DNA from: an uncultured bacterium
Lineage (GTDB): Bacteria > Chlamydiota > Chlamydiia > Chlamydiales > SM23-39
Direction of reading: 5' to 3'
Assembly (NCBI GenBank): GCA_964631635.1
Contig: CAZVXG010000002.1
Coordinates: forward strand, 1 to 24,355
Length of the DNA stretch: 24,355 nucleotides
The notes under the pieces were generated by a model. It was not told where the DNA came from. It was given only the letters and a program-made list of their open reading frames with translations, and did not search any database. Shown one piece after another: positions 22,858-24,355 of the stretch. The position numbers and the translations under genes are program-made. The first letter of the stretch is position 1; each line of letters opens with the position of its first letter.

Positions 22858-23187
22858 ATGCTGAACAAAACGACCATCTGGTGCATCTTGATCTACGGTC
22901 TGATCATTCTAGGTCTGGGATGCCTCGGCTACGTGGAAGCAGGGAGCAAAGCTTCTCTCTGGTCGGGGCTCGGGTTCGGCCTGCTGCTGATCTTGAGCGC
23001 TCTCTCCATGTTCTCAGGCCGGACTATCGGCGCCTATGTATCGCTCGGCGCTACGATCCTATTGACAGTCGTTTTTGCTTACCGCTATTCGGCGAGCGGC
23101 AAAGGACTTCCCGCTATCCTCGCGATCTTGAGCGCTGGGATGCTCCTCTTCTTGTTGATCCGCTTTGCCAAGTGGAAATCGAACTGA
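22858..23187 (+). CDS. TMEM14 family small membrane protein
   Basis: YGLIILGLGCLGYVEAGSKASLWSGLGFG matches the TMEM14 signature (Y..l...GG..GY...GS..SL..G..FG). Four hydrophobic segments. Confidence 0.8.
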   Translation: MLNKTTIWCILIYGLIILGLGCLGYVEAGSKASLWSGLGFGLLLILSALSMFSGRTIGAYVSLGATILLTVVFAYRYSASGKGLPAILAILSAGMLLFLLIRFAKWKSN

Positions 23188-23221
23188 TGCCGTGGGTGGA
23201 TCTTGTTGAGAGGCGTCCTAT

Positions 23222-23289
23222 GCCCAGGTCCTTCATAAAGGCAATGAGAGGTTCGTAATCGCCGCGGTCCGCGTCTTTAGCGCTAAGTA
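23222..23289 (-). pseudogene. Possible remnant of a Fic-family (mobile mystery protein B-like) C-terminus
   Basis: With one frameshift it reads YLAL(K)-DADRGDYEPLIAFMKDLG, resembling the YxxALxxADxGDYxPLxxF tail as I recall it. Only ~22 codons. Confidence 0.3.
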
Positions 23290-23291
23290 AG

Positions 23292-23942
23292 TCAAGGCGC
23301 TGATTCCTTGGAGGGGAAACGCGATGCGGCGACCTTCCAGTCGATATTACTGAAGAAAGCTTCGATGTATTTTCCCCTGTCCAATCCGAATTGCGGCATA
23401 TAGGCATGTTCGAAGACATCCATGATCAAGATCGGGTCTCCTCCTGCCAAGTGACCTACGTCGTGTTCGTTGATCCAAATATTCGCCAATCTTCCTTGCT
23501 GAGGATCCAGATAAAGGATCGCCCATCCGATTCCCCGCATAGAGCCGGTGGCGATGAAGTCCTTCTTCCATTGTTCGAAACTCCTGAATTGGGAGACGAT
23601 GGCCGCATAAAGGGGGCTTTTGGCGTCGGGAATTCCATTGCCTCCGAGATTGTCGAAATAGAATTCATGGAGGCGCATCCCGTCGAATTCCCAGCCCAGC
23701 CTTCTCTTCAAGGCTCCATATTCATAGCTCATCCCCTGCCCCCCCTCTCCCATCGCTCGCAATTTGGCCAAGAGGTCATTGGCGTTTTTTACATAGCCTT
23801 CATAGAGCTTCAAATGCATCTGGATCAAACTCGCGTTGAAACCAGGCATCTCCAATAAATTCGAGTAGTTCTTAGGAACATAATTTTGTGCATGAACGAA
23901 CAAGCCAATCGCAGACAGGCAGAGAATCAAAATGAGTCGCAT
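23292..23942 (-). CDS. sod: Fe/Mn-family superoxide dismutase (ChrC-like) with N-terminal signal peptide
   Basis: Metal ligands H(LKLY), (L)H(EFY) and D(VFE)H; GIGWAIL. AAGGAG SD. Signal-like MRLILILCLSAIGLFVHA. Confidence 0.9.
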   Translation of the reverse strand: MRLILILCLSAIGLFVHAQNYVPKNYSNLLEMPGFNASLIQMHLKLYEGYVKNANDLLAKLRAMGEGGQGMSYEYGALKRRLGWEFDGMRLHEFYFDNLGGNGIPDAKSPLYAAIVSQFRSFEQWKKDFIATGSMRGIGWAILYLDPQQGRLANIWINEHDVGHLAGGDPILIMDVFEHAYMPQFGLDRGKYIEAFFSNIDWKVAASRFPSKESAP

Positions 23943-23984
23943 AACAGCTCCTTGGAACTCTTCATTTTTTTTTGTGCGACCTAC

Positions 23985-24355
23985 TCACGACTCGATGGGG
24001 ATAGATTGTGAAACCATCTTCACGGTCGCTCTCCATTCCTTCCAATCGCTCTTCAGTCTCTTCTTCACAAGGCGGATTTCAGCAAGGAGCTCTTTATGCC
24101 CCTTTTTATATCTCTCGATGAGCATTTGCTTTTGAGCCAGCTCAGCGGCGAGATGATCGCAGAGCGAGGTGATTTTTTCAGCCCAAAGATCTTTTTGCTG
24201 GTGGAACGAGGCTTTCACTTTTTCTAGAATGTGGTCGCGGTGGCCAATCAAGAGCTGACGGACGATCCGCTCGTTATTTACGCTCTTGAGATCGTAGGCA
24301 AGTCCAAACTTATGAAGGACCCAGATCAGCCATTTCGCAGGATCGAAATGGTACC
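23985..24355 (-). CDS. Acyl-CoA (delta-9) fatty acid desaturase, C-terminal part (5'-truncated by window edge)
   Basis: The frame of track ORF 23985-24251 stays open to the edge: YHFDPAKWLIWVLHKFGLAYDLK matches the desaturase post-His-box motif (DPTKWLIW..GLA..LK), followed by a coiled-coil tail ending WKEW. Confidence 0.8.
   Translation of the reverse strand, partial: YHFDPAKWLIWVLHKFGLAYDLKSVNNERIVRQLLIGHRDHILEKVKASFHQQKDLWAEKITSLCDHLAAELAQKQMLIERYKKGHKELLAEIRLVKKRLKSDWKEWRATVKMVSQSIPIES

Overview
A 24.4-kb chromosomal window that looks like an environmental member of the phylum Chlamydiota. The evidence is a Pom-type outer-membrane protein, NUE-like SET proteins, ankyrin proteins, YchM-type SulP and YbhI-type DASS transporters, and sigma66-like promoters. 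The window appears to span the replication terminus: a dif-like site lies at 6328-6355, and all 10 GGGNAGGG (KOPS-like) octamers I found by eye point toward it. Left of it is a tightly packed minus-strand operon: type III PKS, a membrane protein with a duplicated DE..H...E...H motif, a UbiG-like O-methyltransferase, Tpx, arginase and a SpeD-like decarboxylase. Two diverged copies of an unrecognised ~85-bp structured element (4144-4229 and 7262-7343) flank dif in inverted orientation. The rest mixes housekeeping genes (rlmB, adk, SulP, aconitase, DASS, RDD, sua5/tsaC, SOD, fatty-acid desaturase) with candidate host-directed proteins: two tandem SET-domain proteins (one ANK-fused), an ankyrin/J-domain fusion and several membrane orphans. 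Adk and SOD carry apparent signal peptides. The aconitase has Ser in place of its first Fe-S cysteine. A TspO-like gene next to a TMEM14 gene has a premature stop. I saw no rRNA, tRNA, CRISPR array, integrase or transposase. All calls come from reading motifs by eye; no searches were run.
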